Source of the DNA: a virus
Taxonomy: Duplodnaviria; Heunggongvirae; Uroviricota; Caudoviricetes
Strand: one strand, 5' to 3'
Length of the DNA stretch: 64,000 nucleotides
Virus record (IMG/VR): IMGVR_UViG_3300008114_001632
Positions 45,738-54,376 of this stretch are shown one piece after another. How positions within the stretch are numbered: position 1 is the first letter of the stretch; every line of letters starts with the position of its first letter. A program made the position numbers and the translations under genes. The notes under the pieces were generated by a model. That model searched no databases and was not told the origin of the DNA. It saw only the letters and a program-made list of their open reading frames with translations.

Positions 45738-46652
45738 TTACAGTCTTGCAAGTCTAATAAGAGTTGCGGCAAGATTTATTTCTGGATCTACTACAAGAGT
45801 ATGATCAACTAATCCTTGTTTGATAGTAAGCACCGCAGAGTTTTGTTTTTCTTCGTCACCAAACAGTTCAATATTGTCATAAAGCCAGCGGAAAATATCT
45901 TCCATTTCTTCAGGTCGAACACTTCCGCACAGTAGTTTTCGTGCTTCGCTGATCTTACCAGCTTTAAATAGTTCTACCATATGAATCTTCCAGTCTGCTT
46001 CACCAGTGTCTGCCTCATTGGGTTTTACTAATTTACCTTCTTGACTGTTCATTTGAACAGTATTAATGCACTTACGGAGGTCTGGATATGTTGCTTTAAC
46101 ATATGTGTCAAGAGTATCAATGTCAAATTCTACTTCTTCAGTGATAAGGATCTCAGCTACTCTAGCAGTAAACTCAGTTTGATCTACTTTTGCAACGTGG
46201 AAGCCTTGACAGCGACTGTGAATCGCAGGAATGATCCTGTTAGGATAGTTACAAGTTAGAATAAATCTTGCTGTGGTATGATACTCTTCCATAACACCGC
46301 GCAAGATAGCCTGTGCATTTGGAGTTAAGTAATCTGCCTCATCCAGCAGTACAACCTTGAACGGGCCAAACGGAATCATTTGTACAAAGTTTGTGATTTT
46401 GTCACGAATAGTATCTGCATTGTTTTCACGACTTGCGTTAATCTCCATAATGTCTAGATCGTTAATATCTAATTCATTAAACAAAATCCGAGCAAGAGTG
46501 GTTTTACCAATACCTGCATTGCCACTAAACAGTAAGTGAGGAATACTTTGGTCTTTAATCCATTGCTGTATTTGTTTTCGTTGTGCGTCATCTCGGAACA
46601 CATATCCGTTGACCTTTTTAGGACGATACTTTTCTACCCATAGTTCTTTCAT
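45738..46652 (-). CDS. clamp loader subunit (gp44/RFC-like)
   Basis: WVEKYRP, GNAGIGKTT, LDEAD, SRC. Confidence 0.93.
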   Translation of the reverse strand: MKELWVEKYRPKKVNGYVFRDDAQRKQIQQWIKDQSIPHLLFSGNAGIGKTTLARILFNELDINDLDIMEINASRENNADTIRDKITNFVQMIPFGPFKVVLLDEADYLTPNAQAILRGVMEEYHTTARFILTCNYPNRIIPAIHSRCQGFHVAKVDQTEFTARVAEILITEEVEFDIDTLDTYVKATYPDLRKCINTVQMNSQEGKLVKPNEADTGEADWKIHMVELFKAGKISEARKLLCGSVRPEEMEDIFRWLYDNIELFGDEEKQNSAVLTIKQGLVDHTLVVDPEINLAATLIRLARL

Positions 46653-46840
46653 TCTTCTGCCTTGTTAATAATATTTTGTGTTAGTATATTAATTGATGCA
46701 TCGGTTCTTAAATATTGATGCAATCGATCTGCACAGGATCTAATGTCGTCGCTTAATTGACCTCGACCAATTCTTTTTTCAACAGTTCTAGCTGTGTCAT
46801 GTAATGCTATTACAGCATCTTCTAATTCTAAGTTTCTCAA
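46649..46840 (-). CDS. hypothetical protein
   Basis: 63-aa ORF, TTG start. Confidence 0.6.
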   Translation of the reverse strand: MRNLELEDAVIALHDTARTVEKRIGRGQLSDDIRSCADRLHQYLRTDASINILTQNIINKAEE

Positions 46841-47007
46841 AATTTAAACCAGCCTTTAATAGTTTGTACTAAATTATAATATCGCATCTTGTAATTGTCA
46901 AGTACGATTTCGTTAAACATGGGATGGCGATGCGGGCAACGACCTTGTCGCCAGTCACATCCATAACCATTTTCTTTTAAATTTTCACCGCAAGTATCAC
47001 ATTTCAT
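46837..47007 (-). CDS. 56-aa Cys/His-rich hypothetical protein (not in ORF track)
   Basis: MKCDTCGENLKENGYGCDWRQGRCPHRHPMF...; 4-nt overlaps on both sides. Confidence 0.6.
   Translation of the reverse strand: MKCDTCGENLKENGYGCDWRQGRCPHRHPMFNEIVLDNYKMRYYNLVQTIKGWFKF
46873..46901 (-). promoter_or_regulatory. consensus sigma70 promoter
   Basis: TTGACA-N17-TATAAT upstream of the clamp loader/thyX operon. Confidence 0.8.
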
Positions 47008-47408
47008 TTTGTGGCCTCTATTACACGTTGTCTTAATTCTGAAGTTGAAAAACTGTGTCTACGTTTATTAAAGTAAAATTCCATAGGAATGTCGTGTCCC
47101 GTAAATTCTTTACTTTGATACTCTTCACCTAAAATTCTAATATTGATAGGAAACGATAAAAGAATATCGCGTAACTCTCGCTCAGTGGAGTAAGGTACGA
47201 TTTGATCTACAAATTTACAAGCCTTCAATTGTGCCCAACGTTCAAATACTCCTTGTACAGGTTTATTTTTAGTATCGGGCCTATCAAGTGTAGGGTCAGT
47301 CTGTAATCCTACAATTAAAAACTCACATTGTGTTTTTGCCTCTTCCAGCATCATTACATGCCCGGCATGAAACAAATCAAAAGTTGAACAAGTAAAACCT
47401 ATTTTCAT
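47004..47408 (-). CDS. TagD-like cytidylyltransferase
   Basis: STFDLFHAGH, RRHSFSTS. Confidence 0.88.
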   Translation of the reverse strand: MKIGFTCSTFDLFHAGHVMMLEEAKTQCEFLIVGLQTDPTLDRPDTKNKPVQGVFERWAQLKACKFVDQIVPYSTERELRDILLSFPINIRILGEEYQSKEFTGHDIPMEFYFNKRRHSFSTSELRQRVIEATK

Positions 47409-47749
47409 TGCTTAAAATCATCCTTAACTATATTGAGTAATATATCAAAGTTATCTTTGGCTTTTTTAAGTGCTGGATACTTCTCCATCATTTCCTGTAG
47501 TCGTTGTTCTTCCATACGTTTTTCTCTAGCCCAGTCTAACAAAGATTCAGTTTCACCTGTTAGTCCCACGCTGGCATAGCTCATACCTAAAGACTTCCAA
47601 CTATTACCGTCACATACTTCCATACAATTCATGTTTGGGTTCCAGCGCATCATGCCTGCTCCTACTGCTCCGGGACTAATATACGGATTAGTACCTGAAC
47701 CATCTGACACAGTAATATATCTACTGTTAGATGTAATGCCATTTATCAT
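47405..47749 (-). CDS. hypothetical protein (YPAL motif)
   Basis: 114-aa ORF. Confidence 0.7.
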   Translation of the reverse strand: MINGITSNSRYITVSDGSGTNPYISPGAVGAGMMRWNPNMNCMEVCDGNSWKSLGMSYASVGLTGETESLLDWAREKRMEEQRLQEMMEKYPALKKAKDNFDILLNIVKDDFKQ

Positions 47750-48285
47750 CTTGCTTTAACTCCAAAATGCTTGTAACTTTGTTGTACACACTTTGCTTGA
47801 TAATAACAGTCAGCAAGCGCATTGTGTAAACTTTCTTGAATTGCTTTTCGAGGATCTTGAGGCATCATAGAAAACAGTGTTCGACTATCGCGAATCTGCC
47901 AATAGTGCCACGGTGCAGGCTTTCCCAGTTGCTTGTAAAGATTTTGTAAAATAGCATAGTCAAACAACGGACCTTGACACCATAATACATCTAATCCTAC
48001 GCAAAACTTGTTGATTGCTCTTGTAACTTGATCCATTGACGCTCGTTTGTGTTCGCCAAATGCTTCTTCTTTGATAGCTTCGTCTTGTTTTGCCCACCAA
48101 GCTAGAGTATTGTCGTCAATAGTCCTGCCCATGGCCGTCTGTTCATCAACATCGCAACGCAAGTATAAACCGCTATGCGGTTCTGCATCAGTAAAAGGAT
48201 CAAACTTAATAGCACCTATTGTCATTACGACACAATCAGGTTCTACACCAAGTGTTTCTAAGTCAATCATTCCGTGTGTGGCCAA
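47746..48285 (-). CDS. DEDDh 3'-5' exonuclease
   Basis: IDLET, FD, RDSRT, HNALAD. Confidence 0.85.
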   Translation of the reverse strand: MATHGMIDLETLGVEPDCVVMTIGAIKFDPFTDAEPHSGLYLRCDVDEQTAMGRTIDDNTLAWWAKQDEAIKEEAFGEHKRASMDQVTRAINKFCVGLDVLWCQGPLFDYAILQNLYKQLGKPAPWHYWQIRDSRTLFSMMPQDPRKAIQESLHNALADCYYQAKCVQQSYKHFGVKAR

Positions 48286-48311
48286 AAGAAAACTCCTAAT
48301 AGTTTATATAC

Positions 48312-48340
48312 ATTATACTGCATAATCTATTAGGAGTCAA
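48312..48340 (-). promoter_or_regulatory. sigma70 promoter
   Basis: TTGACT-N17-TATAAT. Confidence 0.75.
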
Positions 48341-48350
48341 GTAATTTAGG

Positions 48351-48752
48351 TTAAACGCAGTCTGTTACAAATCCATTAGGTGGTATTTTGGTTACAAACG
48401 GTTTTAAATCCGGAGCAGTCCATCCCACAGGTTTCAATACTTTGCCGTCCTCACGCTTTCGAACCTTGCCAGTGTCCTTATCAATCTTAGCAAAGTTAGT
48501 ACGCATAACTTCTTTCCATGCACCTTCTGCATCAAATCCTGCACTGTGAATAGCTCCAATTGTTACAACTAAAATATCAATTAAAGCATCTAATGCTTCT
48601 ACATTATCATTCATATCACAGGCATGTTTAAATTCTTTATACTCTTCTTCTATCAATTTTGTATACAGACCAAATTGATTTAAGTTACTCTCACCAACTG
48701 TTTGGTCACAGGCTCGCATAAATTTTTCTTGATCTCTGAAGGGATTTGTCAT
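48351..48752 (-). CDS. MazG-like / PRA-PH nucleotide pyrophosphohydrolase
   Basis: EEEYKE...EALDALID acidic helical motif; KVLKP. Confidence 0.8.
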   Translation of the reverse strand: MTNPFRDQEKFMRACDQTVGESNLNQFGLYTKLIEEEYKEFKHACDMNDNVEALDALIDILVVTIGAIHSAGFDAEGAWKEVMRTNFAKIDKDTGKVRKREDGKVLKPVGWTAPDLKPFVTKIPPNGFVTDCV

Positions 48753-49150
48753 TTTATAAAATCTTCCGGTTTAATAGTAGTACTAGATCCGTTGGCATAT
48801 TCTTGACCAACATAAACATCATTTGGTTTTTCATCTGCATAGGCAAGAACACTTTCAGATTCAACCATACGTAGCTCTTTTTCGCCTTCTCCGTCATCAA
48901 CTTTGAACCCTCGAGTCCAGCGTCCGTGTTCAACTAGGATCCACTGTCCAATCTCATAAGGATCTTTATTATTTGGACCTTTACAGTAAACCTTTGCCCA
49001 GCGAGGATAAATTCCTCGAGTAGTTCCGTCGTCTGACGTTAGCACAATGCCGCTTGTAGTTTTTTGCTCACCAAAGTACATATCGGAGACTAGTACTCTA
49101 TTACTAACTGCTCTTGGTTTGCCTTTGGTAACGTTAAGCTGAATACTCAT
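48749..49150 (-). CDS. groES: co-chaperonin GroES-like
   Basis: NRVLV...TTSGIVL mobile loop...AKVYCKG...GQWIL. Confidence 0.75.
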   Translation of the reverse strand: MSIQLNVTKGKPRAVSNRVLVSDMYFGEQKTTSGIVLTSDDGTTRGIYPRWAKVYCKGPNNKDPYEIGQWILVEHGRWTRGFKVDDGEGEKELRMVESESVLAYADEKPNDVYVGQEYANGSSTTIKPEDFIK

Positions 49151-49488
49151 TAACGCCCTCTTTTTGTAACTTTAACTTCGTCTGCCGGAACAAAATTACC
49201 TTCGTCGTCCTCAACCCATTCTTCTTCACTTGCTGTTTCTGTAACAGTTTTAGCTTTTCTTACTGGCGTTTGATCTGCTACACCTTGTGCTGTGTCGTAA
49301 TATTCTTTAAGAACATCTTCCCGCTTACGAATAACTTTCCCGCCAGGACCTAATTCATCTCCTCTAGCATTTACGCGAGCATTACCTACAGCAGGTGTAA
49401 GTTCGTTGCGCTGCCTAAGCATGTCCATATCAACTATTTTGCCTTGGGCAGTTTTGTAAATCTTTTTTTGTGGTTGTTTCATTGGCAT
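49150..49488 (-). CDS. hypothetical protein
   Basis: 112-aa ORF; ATAAGTA late-like variant at 49514-49520. Confidence 0.75.
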   Translation of the reverse strand: MPMKQPQKKIYKTAQGKIVDMDMLRQRNELTPAVGNARVNARGDELGPGGKVIRKREDVLKEYYDTAQGVADQTPVRKAKTVTETASEEEWVEDDEGNFVPADEVKVTKRGR

Positions 49489-49516
49489 ATTAATTCTCCT
49501 AATATTATATATGTAC

Positions 49517-50074
49517 TTATCTCAAGAACTCTCGCCAGTCTAGGTTATACTGAATTGAATCAATTCTGTGTATACCAATTAGATATAAAATATAACTTGC
49601 TACACTAGAGCCTCTCCCAACTCCCCAAACTATGTTATTTTCTCTCATAAAGTCTACAAGATATACCATATATCGAAGCAAATCCTGCATATTATGCTCA
49701 CCAAATGCATCTAATTCTTCGCATACTCTTTTGTATTCTTCTCGTTCTTGTATTTCGTAGGGTTCAATTGTGCCTAGTTTTTGCATCAACTTATGCATGA
49801 TATAGGCACCTATATCTAGATTTTTATAATCTTCAGGCATGAACCATTCTGACTGTAAAGCGTTGTCAAAATCTTTCTGATCTACATCTAGTGCAATGTA
49901 TTTGGTTAATGTTGGGAGTCCTTGTTCTTCCATAGTAGCATTAAATTTATCAATGTCATCGGAAGGCTCGCATAGTACTACGTGACATTTATCTACATGT
50001 CCGCTATAGATCATAGATATTAAGTCTTGGTTAGAAAATCTAGGCACCCCTAACTTGTCAGTTTTAATAAGCAT
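49517..50074 (-). CDS. stand-alone DnaE (Pol III alpha)-like fragment
   Basis: RV.EEL...Y.V....R...IVWGVGRGSSVASYILYLIGIHRID..Y.L....FLR matches the DnaE GRGS region; ends before the catalytic DxD. Confidence 0.75.
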   Translation of the reverse strand: MLIKTDKLGVPRFSNQDLISMIYSGHVDKCHVVLCEPSDDIDKFNATMEEQGLPTLTKYIALDVDQKDFDNALQSEWFMPEDYKNLDIGAYIMHKLMQKLGTIEPYEIQEREEYKRVCEELDAFGEHNMQDLLRYMVYLVDFMRENNIVWGVGRGSSVASYILYLIGIHRIDSIQYNLDWREFLR

Positions 50075-50080
50075 CTAACT

Positions 50081-50109
50081 ATATTAGCTGATATTGATTA
50101 AATTGTCAA
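50081..50109 (-). promoter_or_regulatory. sigma70-like promoter (leaderless)
   Basis: TTGACA-N17-TAATAT, 6 nt before ATG 50074. Confidence 0.6.
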
Positions 50110-50323
50110 GATCAGAATTGCCGTTTTGTTGTGATTGTAATTGTGTGCGAGCACGCCTTGCTTGCATTTCTTCCTTGTACATTCCTAGCAGTGCTGCTAT
50201 CTGCATTTGTACTTCTGGATTTCTAGACATAAAATATTTTCGCCCTAGATCAGTAACCTTTGATTCTACTTCAAGGTCTGAAAGTTTTGAAAAATCGTCT
50301 ACTAGAGGATTAAATGATACCAT
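50084..50323 (-). CDS. hypothetical protein
   Basis: helical ORF; start probably MVSF at 50323. Confidence 0.65.
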   Translation of the reverse strand: MVSFNPLVDDFSKLSDLEVESKVTDLGRKYFMSRNPEVQMQIAALLGMYKEEMQARRARTQLQSQQNGNSDLDNLINIS

Positions 50324-50912
50324 CGTCTTGAGCAATCGTTACATAGTTTCCGTAATAATGGCCGTAGAATGTTATACCGTCAGTTGTCCAAATATCAACT
50401 AGAACGGGTTGATTTGTCGTAACAGTAAATGGATTAGTTGGGTTTACTCTCTTAGGCCAGGTAGAATTAACCCTAAAAACATTGCTTGGAGATCCAGTAA
50501 GCCACTCAACTGTTCCGTTTCCATTAAACAAAATTTGAATTTTAAACTGAACTTGAGCACCGTTTGGTGGTCTAAAATCTTCTAAATCTATAATAGCAAA
50601 ATTGTTGATATTTAATTGCTGGTAACTTCCGTCACTGAACAGTAAATTATGCGTATCGCCTTGGTTAATATTTTTATTAAAAAACACATATGGTGTGTTT
50701 CTAAGTTTAGCATTTGAAATTTCGTTTTGATTAAAGTTATTGTTAACGTTTAATTTTGCAGTATTATCTTGAAGATTTGTAATCTCAGTTTTAGCAGATG
50801 CTAAACTACTTTTAATTGTTGCAAAGTTATCTCGAAAACCCTGACTATCGTTGTCCTGTCCAGCTATTGGAAAACTTTCGTCGACATTTATATAATTTAT
50901 ATTACTAGCCAT
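50310..50912 (-). CDS. virion structural protein (baseplate/tail)
   Basis: FPIAGQDNDSQGFRDNF N-terminus; ATAAATA at 50933-50939. Confidence 0.7.
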   Translation of the reverse strand: MASNINYINVDESFPIAGQDNDSQGFRDNFATIKSSLASAKTEITNLQDNTAKLNVNNNFNQNEISNAKLRNTPYVFFNKNINQGDTHNLLFSDGSYQQLNINNFAIIDLEDFRPPNGAQVQFKIQILFNGNGTVEWLTGSPSNVFRVNSTWPKRVNPTNPFTVTTNQPVLVDIWTTDGITFYGHYYGNYVTIAQDDGII

Positions 50913-50944
50913 TTTAATTTATCTCCTAACAGTATTTATTTACT

Positions 50945-53626
50945 TTATATATTGTACTGATAATTTGCGAACAGTAAATACTGCGATTTACTGCTTATAA
51001 GAGTATTATCAATAATGTATCTGTCCATGTCTAAGTCAAATTGACTAAAGTCAAAATTGCTAGCTTTAATGGCACTTTGAATAATTTGACTAGTTCCTGG
51101 TTTACAATAGCACAACACCAACGATGGAGTATAACCTAGTTCGTCTACACTACTCTGTTGTGATGATCGCATCCAAAGCGGAACAAAAGATCTTTCAGTA
51201 CGACCTAACGGTCGTATATTATCACGCATGTTTGTGATATTACTGATATATTTTATTGAATCAATTGTCTGTCCAGCAGTGTATATATTAGAATCCGCTT
51301 TAACTGTATTAGCTTCAGGTTCGGGTCTTAACACCATGTTTGGAGATAGTCCCTCTAGTATTGATAGAATTCTAGTTTCTGTTCTAGAATCTATTTCCAA
51401 TCCATCTTCCCATTTTAACTTAAATTCTCCATCAGCTCTAGTTTCAACTACGAAATCTTCGCCTAGTGTAACAGTAATAGTTTTTCCTCTAGCCTGTACT
51501 GTAAAAGAAGGTTTTTCTTCGTAGTCGTAAAACATGTCTTTAGGCGTTGCACTAACAGAATTAACTTTAATCTTTTTAGAATTACGTACTGTAATACTTT
51601 TCTTAGTTCGACCTTCACTTGGATTATAAGGATCTATTACATCCAAATAAAGTACTTCATAAACTATATCATTAGTTCCAGGAACTTTTGCAATAGCACT
51701 CTTTAAATCGCCCACTCGATAGCGTTTTCTTCTATGATTTGTAGACATTGCTCTAACTACTTCTTGTAATTCTTTAGTTTCAATACCAGCATATGCAAGC
51801 ATTTTAATTTCACGTTGTATACCAAAATTAGGATCGCTTGGTCGATAAATGTATTCTGGAATAAAAATTTCTGGATTAGAAATGAAAGCATTAAAGTTTC
51901 TTCTAACTTGTTCTTTAAGAAAAGGCTTCATGTATAAATTACTATACTTTTTACTATCAGGGTCTGATATTCTAATTACAAATTCTTTACTCACTACGCT
52001 ATATTTGTAAAGATCTTGTGCAGTAACAGTGAAACGATATTCTCTATCTATTGTAGTCGAATTGGCATCAAGTCTAAATGTATCATTATCAAATACTGTC
52101 AGCCCGTTAGTTCTATATGCAAATCTTGCCCATAGCGCCTGATCAGTACTAAATGACCCAGTACTGGTACTCTGATGAGTACTCAGAGCTTGATAAAGCA
52201 ACCCTTGATAACGTACAACATCGTTTAATGTATATTGTCGTTCGTTTTTCCAAGTGCTTTTATAAACATTTTCACCAAATGCATTTACTTTACCTACAAC
52301 TTCACCATCAAAACTTAGTGCAAGTCCAGGCGGCAGTCTTCCTGATGATAAGTTATAAATTACGTTACTTCCGGGAACATTTGTAGTTGCTTCAACTTTT
52401 AGTACAGAAATAACATTTGATCCCAACAGTCCTAGATTACTATCAGTAATCCATTTTGTTTCAGAATTAATTTCCCCTAGTAATTTTACAGTAAATGTTT
52501 TACTACTTGCAACTAATTCTTGTGCTTGATCAGGGGTAAATCTTTGAGCCCGTATAGTAAATTTAAAAGTTTTTGTAACCTCTGCTTGATAGGGCACTTT
52601 ACCTGCAATTTCTCCGGTGCTACTATCTAGTGTTAGTCCTGGAGGTAGTCTGCTAAGAGAACTATCGGGATTAGTAGCCTGTAAGAAATATGTAACAATA
52701 CCTGTTAATGTATTTGAATCAATAACATCTAAGAACAAAGTAATATAATTGTTGGCTCGTCTAACACCTAAGTCGCTAGGTGTTAACCATATGGGAACTC
52801 TTATATTAGTGTTATCAGCAGTAAACGTACCTGTACCAACCTGCATAATAGTGTTGTCAGCACGTAAAAAGTCATCGCCTACTACATAAATTCTAAATGT
52901 TCGTCGAGATATAATATCTCCGTCAGATACACTTACAGTAAATTGATAATATCTATTTAATTTTTTAGGTGTTCGTTCTGGATAGTTAAAATCATAAATG
53001 TCAGTATCGTAGAAAAAACTATCAAAACCATTAGATGATCTTAAGCCAAAATCATATCCTGCAGAAGTAAAATCGTACGGCGCTGTATCATACGAGCCTG
53101 CATTATAAAGCAGTGTTCTTTCAATAGCAAGAATAGGATCAACTACTCCTACTAATCTGCCGTCTCTGGTTAATTGTATACCAGGCGGTAATTGTCCGTC
53201 TCCGGACGCTATATAAAAATCTAAACTTTCACCAATAGGTAAATCAACGTCAGTTGCCACTAATTGAAAATCAACTGGTGAATTGTCTAAAATATAAAAT
53301 GTATTGTTATTACCTACTGGTAATAATCCAGGAGTTGTTTGCCATACAGGTGCATCAGCATCACCTACAGTAATTACAAATGTTCTATCTCTAGTTACAT
53401 TGTTATAGCTAGCTCTTAGGACAAATCTGTAATCTGTAACACGCGGCACTTCGTAAGGAGTACCTACTATTTGAGAACCTTGGATTCGTATCCCACCAGG
53501 CAATTTTCCACTGATAAGAGAAACCGTAGATGAAGGATTAACCAACGGCAAATTTATGCTTGTTGTAACATTTTCTTCTAGCGTAGCTAATTTAGTATTA
53601 GACGGTTGCGTCCACAAGTCTGCCAT
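50945..53626 (-). CDS. baseplate wedge-like protein with Ig-like repeats
   Basis: repeated SG.LPPG..L..G...G.P Ig motifs; GATAAATA at 53647-53654. Confidence 0.7.
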   Translation of the reverse strand: MADLWTQPSNTKLATLEENVTTSINLPLVNPSSTVSLISGKLPGGIRIQGSQIVGTPYEVPRVTDYRFVLRASYNNVTRDRTFVITVGDADAPVWQTTPGLLPVGNNNTFYILDNSPVDFQLVATDVDLPIGESLDFYIASGDGQLPPGIQLTRDGRLVGVVDPILAIERTLLYNAGSYDTAPYDFTSAGYDFGLRSSNGFDSFFYDTDIYDFNYPERTPKKLNRYYQFTVSVSDGDIISRRTFRIYVVGDDFLRADNTIMQVGTGTFTADNTNIRVPIWLTPSDLGVRRANNYITLFLDVIDSNTLTGIVTYFLQATNPDSSLSRLPPGLTLDSSTGEIAGKVPYQAEVTKTFKFTIRAQRFTPDQAQELVASSKTFTVKLLGEINSETKWITDSNLGLLGSNVISVLKVEATTNVPGSNVIYNLSSGRLPPGLALSFDGEVVGKVNAFGENVYKSTWKNERQYTLNDVVRYQGLLYQALSTHQSTSTGSFSTDQALWARFAYRTNGLTVFDNDTFRLDANSTTIDREYRFTVTAQDLYKYSVVSKEFVIRISDPDSKKYSNLYMKPFLKEQVRRNFNAFISNPEIFIPEYIYRPSDPNFGIQREIKMLAYAGIETKELQEVVRAMSTNHRRKRYRVGDLKSAIAKVPGTNDIVYEVLYLDVIDPYNPSEGRTKKSITVRNSKKIKVNSVSATPKDMFYDYEEKPSFTVQARGKTITVTLGEDFVVETRADGEFKLKWEDGLEIDSRTETRILSILEGLSPNMVLRPEPEANTVKADSNIYTAGQTIDSIKYISNITNMRDNIRPLGRTERSFVPLWMRSSQQSSVDELGYTPSLVLCYCKPGTSQIIQSAIKASNFDFSQFDLDMDRYIIDNTLISSKSQYLLFANYQYNI

Positions 53627-53667
53627 ATTTTATATCCTATATAGCGTATTTATCGGAAACAACGGAT

Positions 53668-54363
53668 TCAAAAACCACCCAGGTCTACAGTATCTCCGCT
53701 AGGTGGGTCAAAAGGACCAAAGTCAACGTCTACTTTACGCATAATAAATTGAAGCGAATTAGTATAAACTGCTCTAAATTCACCAAAGTCAAAACCAGTT
53801 AAGTAAGGACCAAAATCTCGAACATCAAATCCGTATACGTTGCCTTGTAATTCTCCGCTGAATGTAGTTGCAGAAATTGTGTTGGCATTCTGTATGTTCT
53901 TGTTGTTAGCATTTAAGTTACCAGCTAGGGTAGGAGTTAAATCTTTAACTAGAATTCCATTATTGTCTAGGTCAACTATCAGCTGCTGACCATTAACTCT
54001 AGTGTTAATTCCTTGGCCACCTTGTATTGATAGTGTTTGTCCTCTTGAAATCGTAACAGTACCACTGTCTGATACAACAATTAATTGGTCTAAGCTGTCA
54101 TTAGCATTGATTGTAATAGTGTTAGCGTTTTGATTTAAGTTTATATTAGAGCCAGCCAGGAGACGTTTAAATATATTTTCTCCATCAATTTTTCCAGCAT
54201 ATATACCTACACCTAAAACTCCTGCATTGTCTATAACAGTTTCTTCAACAATTCTTAAATCTAGTTCTTGAAAGTTATCGTTAACTTTTATAAATGCCTC
54301 ACGGAGATCATCACCGGTGCCATCGTTAGCAACAATACCTACATCAATATAATTTATAGTCAT
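53668..54363 (-). CDS. virion structural protein (baseplate/fibre, gp9/gp10-like N-terminus)
   Basis: VGIVANDGTGDDLREAFIKVNDNF; start re-assigned to 54363. Confidence 0.7.
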   Translation of the reverse strand: MTINYIDVGIVANDGTGDDLREAFIKVNDNFQELDLRIVEETVIDNAGVLGVGIYAGKIDGENIFKRLLAGSNINLNQNANTITINANDSLDQLIVVSDSGTVTISRGQTLSIQGGQGINTRVNGQQLIVDLDNNGILVKDLTPTLAGNLNANNKNIQNANTISATTFSGELQGNVYGFDVRDFGPYLTGFDFGEFRAVYTNSLQFIMRKVDVDFGPFDPPSGDTVDLGGF

Positions 54364-54376
54364 TTTAAATTCCTTA

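Noticed and set aside
49517-50335. Frameshifted full-length dnaE pseudogene
   Set aside because: Neighbouring ORFs show no continuing DnaE motifs, and the fragment has its own promoter and clean stop
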